Positions 12,311-25,343 of a stretch of DNA of 64,000 nucleotides are shown piece by piece; position 1 is the first letter of the stretch; every line of letters starts with the position of its first letter. The notes under the pieces were generated by a model, which was not told the DNA's origin, ran no database searches, and saw only the letters and a list, made by a program, of their open reading frames with translations. The position numbers were made by a program, and so were the translations under genes. The DNA is taken from the NCBI RefSeq assembly GCF_006345805.1, contig NC_043005.1:56358001-56422000 (forward strand). Direction: 5' to 3'. Source of the stretch: Octopus sinensis. Its lineage: Eukaryota.

Positions 12311-12576
12311 TGTTTTGTTGTGTCTGGGGAAGAGTCATTTTCATTTTGTGCCTTATAATTTAACACACTCACCGGTAAAATTTCCACTTATTTCTTATTT
12401 TTGTTTTCCTAAAATTTTCATTGACTCTCTAAAGAGTCAAGACTATTGAAAAAGTTGCAAGACGCAATGAAAATTTTAGGAAAATAAAAATAAGAAATAA
12501 GTGGAAATTTTACTGGTGTGTGTGTTAAATTATAAGGCGCAAAAAGAAAATGACTCTCCCCAGACACAACAGAATA
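12311..12576. mobile_element. Fold-back MITE (about 110-bp arms) in a TBCEL intron; one-arm copy at 51369-51462
   Basis: ttgtgtctggggaagagtcattttc...aaaattttcattg is the inverse of caatgaaaattt...gaaaatgactctccccagacacaa. Confidence 0.9.
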
Positions 12577-12649
12577 TGCTTCAACACACGAACTCATATA
12601 AAGAATCTTGCAAACCAAATCCAAAAACGAAATTGTTGTTTTGTTTCAG

Positions 12650-12818
12650 GGAAATTGAAGCCACTGGTAGATATTGACCTTGGTGCCCGTTATCAAAGAT
12701 GGGCCAACATCATTTTCATCTACAATGGTTTAGAAATCTTCTCTGAAAGACTTCACGTTGTCCAGTCTGTTGGTAAATTACGCAAACACATTGCCAAATG
12801 TCTTTCACTATCACTGAA
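12650..12818 (+). CDS. TBCEL: TBCEL coding exon (start of ubiquitin-like domain)
   Basis: tttcag|GG AAA...CTG AA|gtaagt. KLKPLVDIDLGARYQRWANIIFIYNGLEIFSERLHVVQSVGKLRKHIAKCLSLSL. Confidence 0.9.
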
Positions 12819-13221
12819 GTAAGTAAATATATATATATATATATATTTTTTTTTTGTTAATATGAAGTTCCCTTGTTCAATCCATCATTATATCTCCTTT
12901 TAGCTGCTGTATTAGATGCCAAGCAACATATCAGGTATCATAAAGAATAATCCAGATATATGTTAGCTTCTCTACCCTGCACCTCTTTTTATTTATTTAT
13001 TTATTTATATTGTATCAGTTTGTAAACATTAGCATCATTGATTACAAATTTTCAACTGGCCAAACCACTGGTTCAGTGTCTTTCCAATGGCAAGTGATAA
13101 GGGAATGTCTGTAACTTGTTGCAAAATAAATGTCATCAAGAACTTTGAAACACCATGGATTTTTTTTTATTCTTTAGTCCTCTCCTAAGTTTGTATTTTT
13201 TCCTGTTATACATTGGCAAAA

Positions 13222-13531
13222 GATACATCACCATGATCACAGTGACCAACCAGGCTATCATATGTTGCTACACATCGCTGGTCACAATGTGCTTCGCATT
13301 GTTTTAGCCTTCAAATGATGCCACCCCGCTGGCTAAGTGAGCAGGCCAACAAGAGTGAGATAAGTTGTGGCGAAAGAGTACAGCAAGGATCGCCACCACC
13401 CCCTGCCGGAGCCTTGTGGAGCTTTAGGTGTTTTCGCTCAATAAACACTCACAATACCCGGTCTGGGAATTGAAACCGCAATCCTACAACCGCGAGTCCA
13501 CTGCCCTAACCACTGGGCCATTGCACCTCAA
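13222..13531 (-). mobile_element. tRNA-derived SINE, third family
   Basis: Minus-strand head gaggtgcaatggcccagtggttagggcagtggactcgcgg...ggtttcaattcccagacc. A decayed 3' fragment lies at about 22200-22270. Confidence 0.7.
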
Positions 13532-14539
13532 GGGCAAAAGATACATATTCCATATAAAAATATATTTGCACGTGTGTTTGTGTCTCATCATCATCATCAC
13601 AGCCTAAGTCAAAATTACTATTAGCAATGTGGTGATTGATCAGGCCCCACTTGCAAATTTTATTTTGGCATGGTTTTTGCTACTGGACACTGGCTCTCCT
13701 TAACATCAACGACTTTACAGAGTGCATTAGGTATGTCCTATCATGGTGCCAGCACTGGTAACATATCCTTGTACCCTGTAGCACAAAAGAGAGTACTCAC
13801 AGCACTACATTGCAGAGTAAGGTTTTGGTCAACCCACAGCTATATTAGAAGATACTCAGGGTACTATGTTGTGGGATCAAACTTCTTAAACACACAGTCA
13901 TCTAAAGTCCTTTAACTCTTATTTAATTATAAACAGTTTCTTTGACATTCTTGTCTCCTAAATGATCCATGTAGATCAGGGTTTTCAAACTAGGGTACAC
14001 ACACTTCAAGATTATGCAAGAAAAATTGCAGGATGCACGAAATTTCTAAAAACATTGGAATTTTGAAATAATCACAACCAGCTAAATGAAATTCATGTAT
14101 CTGCTAGTTGTCTGAAGAATCTATCTTGTGACATTCTAATCCCATGACCGTAGTACCAGAGCTGTAACCTCTCAATGTGGAGAAGTTGTGGCTTGATCTT
14201 GAGAAACACCCTGATCCCCAAACTATGCAGCCTGTTGAATAATATTATTCTAGAGATTCTTCAGAGGAACTTCGTTTTGGCTGCTTGTATTTTTTTCACT
14301 CATTACATGACATTCAGAACCATAGATGAAGATGCAAAAAACAAATAAAAGCTAGCAAATTTAACTTTTTTTGCTAACTTCTCCTCTTCCAAGGATCAAA
14401 TATTGGAACTGATGTATTACTGTGCCAGCACTTAAAATTCTAGCATCCAAATGTAATCTCTGCTTTCCATGAAATTTATGAAGTGGATTGACTTGTGAAG
14501 TTATTGTGGAGGTGGTATTACAATTAGTGGGTGCAAGAC

Positions 14540-14775
14540 GAGTTAGATAATATTTGCTGACAACATAGTGTTACTTGGCTCATCAGGAGGTGATCTCCAG
14601 CATGCAAGGCAGGGATAAGAGTAAGTGTTGCATAGACTGAGGCATTGGCTCTCCCAAGAAAGTCCTCTCAATGCATTCTGTATGTTAGTGGGGCATCACT
14701 GAGACAAGTGGAGTAGTTTAAGTATCTCAGGGCTGTATTTATGAGTGATGGATGACAGGAAGCTAAATTGAATAA
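14540..14775 (+). mobile_element. RTE-clade LINE reverse-transcriptase remnant
   Basis: Decayed IFADNIVLLGSSGGDLQHA...QVE*FKYL, corresponding to the RT YADD and VxxFKYLG motifs. Confidence 0.6.
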
Positions 14776-14866
14776 AAAGTAATTAAGAAGAAAACTAACT
14801 GACCATTTGAAATCTTCAAACCTTTTTTAAAATTTAATTTCACTTTTTTTTTTTTTTTTTTTACAG

Positions 14867-15032
14867 TGGCTTCAAGATGTACCATTTTCCATGCAGTCCA
14901 GAACATGGAGATTCTGAAATGTCTGAACTCCAAGAACTACGCTTAGACTCCCTGCCTCTCAGCCGCTTTGATATCCTTGACCAAGATGAAATCCACATAC
15001 ATGACAATTCTTTCCTGTGCTTAAGTGTTTAA
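14867..15032 (+). CDS. TBCEL: TBCEL last coding exon
   Basis: Poly-T tract ttacag|T GGC...GTT TAA. GFKMYHFPCSPEHGDSEMSELQELRLDSLPLSRFDILDQDEIHIHDNSFLCLSV*, the UBL end, similar to the LHSFGIRDGDKIYV pattern. Phase fits the previous exon. Confidence 0.85.
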
Positions 15033-15803
15033 GCTGATGTCTTCCTAAAAGCTTCTTTTTTTTTTTTTGAACCAACATCTCTAACTTAATATATATTTCA
15101 ATACTGCTAAGCAAAAATAAGGAAAGAAAGACTTTATGAAAACTTAGTTTAGCAATAAGCATTTTCAATAAGCTAGTAAACTTCATTAGCTAAGTGAAAA
15201 ATATTAAAACTTAAATTTAGAAATTAAGAGGTTTGATATATTTTCATTTGATGTTTTTTTTCTCTCTAAATTTTTTACCATTTAGGATTCCAGTTTTCCT
15301 TGTAAAAAATCTAGTACAAAATATTCCTAAGAGAATGGAACTTAAAATCTTGTGGTTTTATCTCCGGATGTATTTTGTAAATGAAAAAAAATGCTTTGTA
15401 CATGTATCCAGCTTTACAGGAAAATGTCAACTGCCAAATAGCAGATATGGTCGTTGTGGTGACTGTTTTAAAATCATCTTTTTATACATCCATTTAACCC
15501 AGTACAACATTGAGAAATTTTCAGATATGTCTCCCACCCATCTACATTCATTAATTCTAAATGTTTAAAATCTTCGTTTTTGTTAATCATTATATTTAAG
15601 AAACATTTCTTTGTTTTTACTTGTTCTTTTGGGGGATTATTATTAATATTTTTCCATTTACAGATATTTGTGCGTAGAAATATTTTCTATTTCTTTGCTT
15701 AAATAGACATTAATTTATTTTTCATAATCAGTGGTTCAGCTGTTAAGTGATTACATTTTCTAGAATGTAGTATGAGCATTAATAGAGTGCAACTTAAGTG
15801 TGA

Positions 15804-15838
<35 letters not shown>

Positions 15839-16579
15839 ATATGTCATTCACACACACACACACACACATACATATTTATTAGTCCAAGTTTAGCCATATA
15901 TTTTTTCCATACCTGCCATTTCTGAAGATCATGTGGATGTTTCTTAACTCTGTATTGTTAGCTGATATCCAGTTATTTAATATTCAGTACCAAACTGATT
16001 GGTGGCATCAGTTGAAATGGATCTATAATACTCTATGCTTTGATCAATATATGTACATACACACACACACACACATATATGTGTGTGTGTGTGTATATAC
16101 ATATGTGTGTGTGTGTGTGTGTGTTTATATATATATGTATGTATGTGTGTATGTATGTATAATGTTTGTTTGTTATAAATATTATATATACAAATAGCCA
16201 TGTTGATTAAGTGCAGGTTTACCAACCAAAGTGTCAACATTTCACATCTTGCAACTGGCACTGTACTCCCTCCATATCTCACTCTCAACAATCCATTCCA
16301 ACTAGATATAAACAGATTTCATAGTTTCATTTAATAATGTAATCTTGTAACTAGTGAAAGCTTTTTTTTATAATTATTCAGTGTTCTGTCCTTGAACTTA
16401 AAAGAAGTTAACAGAAATGCACTTCAGTGTATCTGCCTATATATATATTTTACTTCATGAAAATTAAACGTTTTTGTGTGTTGGTGGACTCAACAGCTTG
16501 ATGTATTACAGAGCTAAACCATTAAACAGATATTTTTCAACATTTAATTGAAAGTGACGTTCAAGATTTCACACACACA

Positions 16580-16920
16580 CATATAAAGAGTGAAGACTCC
16601 CTTTGGTCATGACTGACCATGGGATTGCACCTAGGAAGTTCCCCTCTGAGGTACAATTCTGGGCAAGGTTGTTTATGGAAGACCAGCGGTCATCCATGCA
16701 TACCAGCCTCCCCTCTCCATGCCTCCGATGTTATCCAAGGGAAAGGCAAAGACTGATACAGCTTGATATCAGTGACATCACAGCTTATTTCTACAGCTGA
16801 ATGAACTGCAGCAATGTGAAAATAAATTGTCTTGCTCAAGAACACAACACACAGCCTGGTCTGGAAATCAAACTCACTACCTCGTGATTCTGAGCCTGAT
16901 GCTCTCACCACTGAGCCATA
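16580..16920 (-). mobile_element. tRNA-derived SINE, further family
   Basis: Minus-strand tggctcagtggtgagagcatcaggctcag...gagtttgatttccagacc, then ttgtgttcttgagcaagaca. Related heads at about 30590-30800, 46627-46910 and 47025-47210. Confidence 0.6.
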
Positions 16921-18829
16921 TATCTACATTTTATTTTTTACCTTTTACTTGTTTCAGTCATTAGACTGCTGCTATGCTAGAGCCTTGCTTTGATGAATTT
17001 TTAATTGAATGAATCGTCTCTAGTACTTTTTTTTTTTAAAGCCTGGTACTTATTCTGCTGATCAGCTAAGTTACTGGGACATAATTACACAAACAAGTTG
17101 TCAAGCAGTGGCGGGGAACAAACACAGACACAAAAACATACACACATAGATGTACATATGACAGGCTTCTTTCAGTTTCTGTCTATCAGATCTACTGACA
17201 AGGCTTTGGTTGGCCTGAGGCTATTGTAGAAGACACTTGCCCTAGATGTGACACCATGGAACTGAACCCGAAACGTGTGGTCGGGAAGCAAATATGTATA
17301 TATATATATTTATATATATATGTATCTCTCACTTTCTCTTTTTGTGTACATTTATATGTGAAATACACTGTCTAGATAATATATGATAAATAGTTGAATA
17401 AAAATGTCTTGCAGCTTGTTGAGAAATTGCTTAAGATTTCGTGGGGTGGAATGTTGTGTCATACATTGAAGTGGATTTTCCCTGTTGATTTTTAAGATCT
17501 AAGAGGATTTTAAGTCCAGAAATACTGAACTCGTGTAGTATTTTTAGTACCGTAATGTGATCACTTCTTACAAGCATTTCAAACTATACTCCTTTATGGT
17601 ACCTATCATCAGTTAAATTAATTGGATCATTAAGAGTTGTCTGATCTTGCAAAGAACAGTGCAATATTGCTGATATGATATGTGCCAAGGATCTCTTGAG
17701 AAGCCCTTTATGTAGTCCCTTAATTTCATAGAAGTTGCAGCCAAATGATCCCTACCATCTTTAATAAGGAAGGCTTGTCCTTTCAGGTGTCTGTGCCACT
17801 TACAAAGCACCTGTGCCGGTGGCACGTAAAAAGCACCCAGCACACTCTGTTAAGTGGTTGGCGTTAGGAAGGGCATCCAGCTATAGAAACCATGCCACAA
17901 CAGACAGTTTGAGTCTGGACATCTCCATGTCAAACCGTCCAACACGTGTCAGCAAGGAAAAGTGGACGTTAACGATGATATGTTGGATTATGTAGTCTTA
18001 AGCATGACCCTAAAAAAAATATGAAATTCTCAAGTGAAATGCTTTTGATCATAAGTTCTTATCTAAAAGAGCTGACTTGAGGCTAAATAACCACATCATG
18101 CTATTGTTGTTAATTTCTTCATTTCTATAGTCAATACGCACAGCTTCTTGTGCAATATAGTAGATTCTTTCAATTATTGGTAGTTTGATGGAAGAGTTGT
18201 TCCCCTTCATGGCAGTGTCAGACAACTGACATTTAATTCTTTGTTTACCACTGCTGTTTATAACTCGAAAAGTATGCCGTTCAGTAGTTAATGTTGGCAT
18301 TTTGGTTGATATTCTTCTCTAGACTGCTACCTTTCTCAAAACTCTCAGAATCCCATACCTTTTGTATGTATGTTTGGTGTGTGAGCGATTGTGTGTGCGA
18401 GCTTATATAATCATTTTACAGGATATTTAATGTAAAAATAATTTCTAGCGTACGGCCGCTGGCTTTCAGAATCCTTGTTGTGGTTTACAGAAAAATGTGC
18501 GAAGTGTTTATTTTTGTGGTATAAATACCAAAGTGTGCTTCGTACACACTTATGCTAGAAGTAAATGTAGAGTCTTAGATATGTTTGTCATATTTAAGGT
18601 AAACAAGTTTACACGTCTGGACCGAAATCTTTTAATGAATAAAGTCAACCATAAGGTTGAATGCATTCAGCCTTTCAGCCCAGACATGTAATTCTGTTTA
18701 CCTTACATAGACAAGCCTGATATATATATATATATATACAGCATAGTCATTTAAAAGTCCATAAGTCAGGAAAAAGATGCATTATCAGTAGAGTGGGTAT
18801 ATTATCCGAAGTGTACTGTATTATATATA

Positions 18830-19045
18830 TCCAACATGGCTGATCTTACCAATTGGTTTCACGCTAGGGGTACAACAGAGTGTTAGGTAATAATCTGATT
18901 ATATAACCCTATGCTCGTCAGAGGTTGCCAATTTCATTCCATATCTGCTACCTCTGACGAGCATAGGGTTATATAATCAGATTGTTACCTAACACTCTGT
19001 CATACCCTTAACATGAAACCAATTGGTAAGATCAACCATAATGGA
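18830..19045. mobile_element. Fold-back MITE flanked by (TA)n
   Basis: About 97-bp arms (gatcttaccaattggtttca...ctcgtcagaggt / acctctgacgag...tgaaaccaattggtaagatc) with an about 20-nt loop. Confidence 0.9.
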
Positions 19046-21670
19046 TATATATATATATATATATATAAAATTTAAAAACATGAAAATACATGTGAACAAG
19101 AAGGGGAACTGATAGTACTGAATACCAAATGTAGTGTTTAGAAGTAGTTATATATTATGTTATTGGCAAATATGTAACACCATCTCTAAAAATGATTCTA
19201 AATGATGTAGCTTTTTATTAAGTGTAATCTTAACAAACTTTCATCTGTAAATATATAAAACATTTTCAAGGAAAATTCTAACTGATTGCTAAAATGTTAG
19301 TAAGAATTTTATTTTTAGTTTTGTTTTTTCATTATATTTTTTTCTTTATCCTTTACATGTTTTGAAAAATATTCCAGAAAAAAAAAATTTGTTCTTCCCT
19401 ATCTGACTAATTTTATATGAATGAATATTTGGTGTTAACTTATAGCACAAGCTTATTATTAACTTTTAGCCTCATTATTATTTTTTATTTTTTTTTGTAA
19501 CATTTAATATAATTCAATGTGACCTTTCATATCCTAATGGTTATTATGCCACACACAGCTGTTAATAAAACTAAGTCCCTAATTAAATTTCATTTCAATT
19601 TAAGCTTTTGAATTATATTTTTAAGCAATCAGCTGTGTAATACATTTAAAATGTAGTATTTTCAGTTTTAGCAGTTATATGTATATAAGCCAAAACACTA
19701 ATGGTTAACAGCTTCTTGTTCACATTTCTTTGCAATTTGATTTCACTTAAAGCAAACATACTGATGAGTCTATCTTCTCACAGATCACATCAATGTGTAA
19801 CATTTTGGTAATGGGTTTTTTTTTTACTTTTTCTTTTTTAAATTCTATTTGTATTTTGACAATGTTGCTTTTACTTCAGTTTGAAATTCTGCATTAGAAT
19901 TTTCCCAAATTCTCATTTTTTTTTCAATAAATAGTGAGATTGATAAAATTTCAATTACAAAACACCATAAAGTAAAATCATTTCAATATCTGTTCATTAC
20001 TATCATTATTTAGTATAGTAGTAGTAGAAGTTGTAGTAGTAGCAATATTAGTCAAGGGGTAGAGAACTTGTACTATTTGTTTCATAATTACAAAAGTTTT
20101 GTCTTGCTATTCTCTGTTCAGGTCATGGCTGGGACAATTTTACCTTTCATCTCTCTAACAGTAGATATAAAATATGTGCAAATAATATATGGAGTGTTAA
20201 TTCAATTGACAACACTCTGTTTTTTTTTTATTATTATTATAAAAAGCCCTTCCAACTAGTCAAAAGAATTCATTTTTGCCATGTGATTTTTTTTCCATGT
20301 CTTAGATTTGTTTCATCTCATTTGAAATAGTTTAAAATGTATTTTACTAGATCTTCATATGGTATAAACTCTTGTAGAATTTTTATGTCCTTCATAATTT
20401 TTAAGCGCTGTGACAGATTTTAAATACAATATAATATTGTTGCTCTCAATTATTGGTTTACTTTATATATATATATATATATATATATTGGTTTACTTTA
20501 TATATATATATATGTATGTGTGTGTATTACCAAAAGGTTTCCATTTAAATTTATATTTCATGGAAATGTATTCGCATTTATCGCTATCATTATAATGTTG
20601 GTGCTATCTTACATTGGATTTTAGGCACATAAGTTGAAATTCTTTCATATGAGTGTCTCTATCATAACTTTTATATATACCCAGAATATGAACTCACCAC
20701 CATAACCTAATATATAAGCTTTCAATACATACAGAAGCTAAGTCACCAGCCAGGTACAGTTTGTATTGCTGGTTCACTAGTAGTGCATTCAAATCCACTT
20801 TATGCACATTATATATTTGAGCAGTGCACTTAATTCTACATTGTTTCAGATTATTTGTTTGTTGGGGAACATGTGGTAGCTAGACCATTTCAGAATGTAT
20901 ACCTCTGGTCACATGCTATTCAAGGGGAGTTTTATCACTCATTGACTCTTAAATGCTCCTTGGAGTTCAAGAAACATTCACATGGTATTTATACTTAATC
21001 ATGGTATCCATGCATGCCTTATGAATGAAATATGGTACACAGAAACCTATCAGGTAACTAAACATGTTATTGAGTGATAGACTTAATCTAACATCATCAA
21101 ATGGCCCTTGAGTACCTGGCAGGTGTCCACTCCCAGGCAAGCATTCAGAAGAGGTCTCTAGTCTGACGATATCAGTGTCTTCCCCCTCTTTGTTCTCAGC
21201 AACCTTGGAGGTTCTGTAAAGGAAACGGAAAGATCATCACCATGGACAATGCTCTCCTAATGCTGTGCACTTACATCTTAGTGGACTGAGATAATTTTAA
21301 GTGCCTTGGTCATAAACTCAGTCCGGTGTTAGTAATGGGATATAAAGATTTTTAAATAAGTAAATAAACAAATAAAGCCCCCATTGATCCTTCGGCAGGT
21401 GGACTGACAGCATTTTGTTCATTGTGGTTGCTCAGCTTTTGGGCTGGAAACAAACCTAAGAACCATTAATGAAAGATGATTGCTACACGAGGTCAAAATT
21501 TATTCTAATTTTAAAATGTCTTCTCAAACAGTGGATGAGAATTTGATGCAAAGTAGCATCAAAAAGTGCCTTAAGGAAGAATAGAAAGGAAAAAAAAAAT
21601 TCCATTTCTTTACAATTGTGATATTTTCTTTGTTTATTTATTCTGAACAGTTGAGATAGTTTAGAAGGCT

Positions 21671-21706
<36 letters not shown>

Positions 21707-22289
21707 GTATTTAGTGTTATTGTGAACACAGGATTTAAGGGCAATGATTTAGATGTCTGTGTGTATTTTTATTATTACTATTATTTCCTCGTTGCACCCT
21801 TAGTTGATGGAAAGGGACTAAATCGTTATTATTGGTGTTCTTGTTCTTGTTGAGTAGTTCCTGTGACGTCTAATGGAATAGTTCAGTTATATACATACAT
21901 ACAATTCAAGATTTAGTACACAAAATATATGAGTTAGTCTGGAATAGCTCTTGCCCATGCATACTCTCTCCAGTTTTTATTTTCTGTCAATCTATCTCTC
22001 TCTCTCTCCATATATATATATGATCCGTCCAACCCATGCTAGCATGGAAAGCGGACGCTAAATGATGATGATGATGATGATATATATATATATATGTGTG
22101 TGTGTGTGTATAGGTTTTGTGTCAACACACAAAACTCTTGGACCTTGATTCACTGTTGCTTCTGCTAAATATTAATAAATACACACACACACACACATAT
22201 ATATATATCAATTACCTGTATTGACCAGGCTATTGGATGTTGTTACACACCACTGGTCACAATGCACTTCCAATTCTTTCTTGATTGCG

Positions 22290-22740
22290 GCCTTCTTTTT
22301 CCATCTTAGCCCAAATCATTTAACTAAATTGTCTTCCTATCATTGTGGAGGGCTTCCAAGTGACATCTCCTGATCTCTTAGATACCACTTGGCAACTGCA
22401 TGGGTCCACTTGTTGTCCAGCCCAACAGAACTTGGGCTCTTGGTATTCTGTGATTACAACATTCACTCCAATCTTTTCTTGAATTATCTCATTTCAGATA
22501 TCCTCTTGCATGGATATTTTCATGGTCCTTTACATCATAACCAATCAATATTCTTCCCTCTTTATAGTAGCCCATGTCCCACATGCATATAAGAACACAT
22601 GTTGGACAGTATTGTTGATGAGAGGACATGTAGGATTTTTTTTTTTTTGTAATGATCACATCAGAGCTAAGCAATGTGGTCACACAGATGATGAAACCAC
22701 ATGAGGTTGATCAGAAGGGAATTACATCAAGTTCTGCTTG
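22290..22740 (-). mobile_element. RTE-clade LINE C-terminal remnant
   Basis: Decayed minus-strand NEIIQEKIGVNVVITEYQEPKFCWAG, resembling the RTE NEEIR...KWxWAGH motif. Confidence 0.5.
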
Positions 22741-24691
22741 TTATATCTTTGTGCCTTATACTGTTGGATCTGTGACCCAAAATGGTTTTAATTGATCTTT
22801 TTCTTTTTTTTTTTCCTCTTTGCTTTTCACCTTTCCAGGGTCAATAAGATAAAGTACCAGTCAAGTACAGGGCTTGCTTTAATTAAACTAAAGCCCTCTC
22901 TTTAGCAGAATCATTAGAGCATTGACAAAAAAAGTGCCTTGCAATATTTGTTCCAACTCTTAGTTCAAATCCCACCTATGTCAACTTTACCTTCCATCCT
23001 GTGCGAAATGCTTAGCGGTATTTCGTCTGCCGTTACATTCTGAGTTCAAATTCTGCCGAGGTCGACTTTGCCTTTCATCCTTTCGGGGTCAATAAATTAA
23101 GTACCAGTTACACACTGGGGTTGATGTAATTGACTTAATCCCCTTGTCTGTCCTTGTTTGTCCCCTCTATGTTTATCCCCTTGTGGGCAATAAAGAAATA
23201 AGAATTTAATTACATTTCTTTCCCTTCACACTTAAAATTCTTCTAGGGTTGACTTCACCTTCCATCACTTTGGAAGCAATAACATAAAAGTGCCAGTAAA
23301 TGTGGCTTGTTGCCTTTGTTAAGTTATTAATTGTTACTGTTGTCATTATTATTATTACAAAAGGGGCTAGCTGGCAGAATCATTAGAGCACCAGAGGGAA
23401 ATGCCCTGCAGTATTTTTTATGCTCTGAGTTCAAATCTTACCAAAGTCAACTTTGTCTTTTACCCCTCCAAGCTCAATAAAATAAAGTGCTAGGACTGAG
23501 AGTTGACTCACTCCTTCCTTTTAAAGCTGCTGACCTTGTGTCTAAATTAGAACCATTATTATCATCATCATTATTAATTATTATTATAACATAATCAAAG
23601 TCTAGATCTTCCAATTCATTTCTGCATTCCTGTCAGAATTTACTAATTTCCTCCGAGATTTGCTTTGTTTAGTTATATTGTATGAACTACTCTAGGAGTT
23701 TTTAAGGTGACCTCTGAAAGTGTTATGGTTATAATGAAAAGTCATCAGGGATATAGGTACATTGATAATTGTGGAATGTATGTTCATAAGTATCTCCCTG
23801 CTATCTCAAAATAGCATGTTAGTGTGGAATTGAGAAATTACAAGAAATAAGGCATTCTTGGTTGTCTACAATGAATATTGATGTTCTCTTGATTTTTTTT
23901 TCTTTTAATATCCAGTCATCATTATATGCTGTATATATATGAAAAAATACTTAGGCTTGGAACTAATTCAGTCTTAGAGTTGTTTTTGTTTTGTTTTGTT
24001 TTGTTTTTTTTGTCCACTATATCCTTTATCTCTGGCACCTTAGTGATATAAAGATACAAAAGAATTCAGTTAAATTTCTTTTTGTGCAAAAAACAGAGTA
24101 TGAGGTTAATTAGCATTAAAGAAAAAATGTTTTTCATCAGATCTAAAGCATAGTGGAAGCTATGTATTGTGATGACTTTGGGGGCAGAGCCCTTTGGCTA
24201 ATGAGCATTTATCAATAGAAATATGTGCAATGGTGTATTTTAGCAATTATTATTATTAAGGCAGCAAGCTGGCAGAATCATTAGCATGCCAGACAAAACG
24301 CTTAGCAGCATTTTGTCCATATTTATGTTCTGAGTTCAAATTCTACTGAGGTCGACTTTGCTTTCATCCTTTTGGGGTCGATGTAACTGACTAGTTCCTT
24401 CCCTCAAAATTTCAGGCCTTGTGCCTTTAGTAGAAAGGATTATTATTATTCTTGTAATTTTTCATTTTTAATGATTGATATGTAACTTAAAATAAATTGA
24501 TGATGACATTACAGAAATACCTAGAATATGGAACTATGTTAATCTTAACTTTTATTTATGTAAAAAATTATTGTTTTCATAAGCTGTTTCATCTTAATGC
24601 TAGTCATGTTAGTGAAGAATCTTAGTGGTTAGTGAAGAATCTTTGAGAACTTGAGGAGACAAAGTGAGTCATCAAGTTTTCTTTCTAGGAT

Positions 24692-25343
24692 ATTTTGCTA
24701 GTCATCTTTTTAGGGTTGGTAAATAAAGCACTAATTAAAATTTAAGGATCAATTCATTTCTTCTCTCTCTCTCTTTCACTCTTAGGATTAACAATAATTG
24801 ACAAGATGACATCTTGTTAAAAAAAAAGATGAGGAGAAACTACTTTTGTATCTTCCAGGAAATTACTATGACAAGTATTATGTACTTGACATGGAAGTCA
24901 TCGGGTGCCATTTGTCAACCATATGGCCAATTTTTTTTCTTTACTTTGAGAATATTACCTGCAAATCCTATCATTAAACAAGTATTACTATTTGAGTAAC
25001 TATCCTAGTTCAAATCTTGTCCAAGGTCAATTTTGCTAGTCATCTTTTTAGGGTTGGTAAATAAAGCACTCAATTTAAATTTAAGGATCAATTCATTTTT
25101 CTTCTCTCTCTACTCTTTCACTCTTAGGCATTACAATAATTGACAAATGACATTTGTTAAAAAAAAAGATGAGGAGAACTACTTTTGTATCTTCCAGGAA
25201 ATTACTATGACAAGTATTATGTACTTGACATGGAAGTCATCGGGTAGCCATTTGTCAACCCATGCCACCAATTTCTTTTCTTTACTTTGAGAATATTACC
25301 TGCAAATCCTATCATTAAACAAGTATTACTATTTGAGTAACTA
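24692..25343. repeat. Near-tandem duplication of about 312 bp (24692-25002 / 25030-25343)
   Basis: Both copies run attttgctagtcatc...tttgagtaacta; about 10 differences, mostly 1-2-nt indels. Confidence 0.92.
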
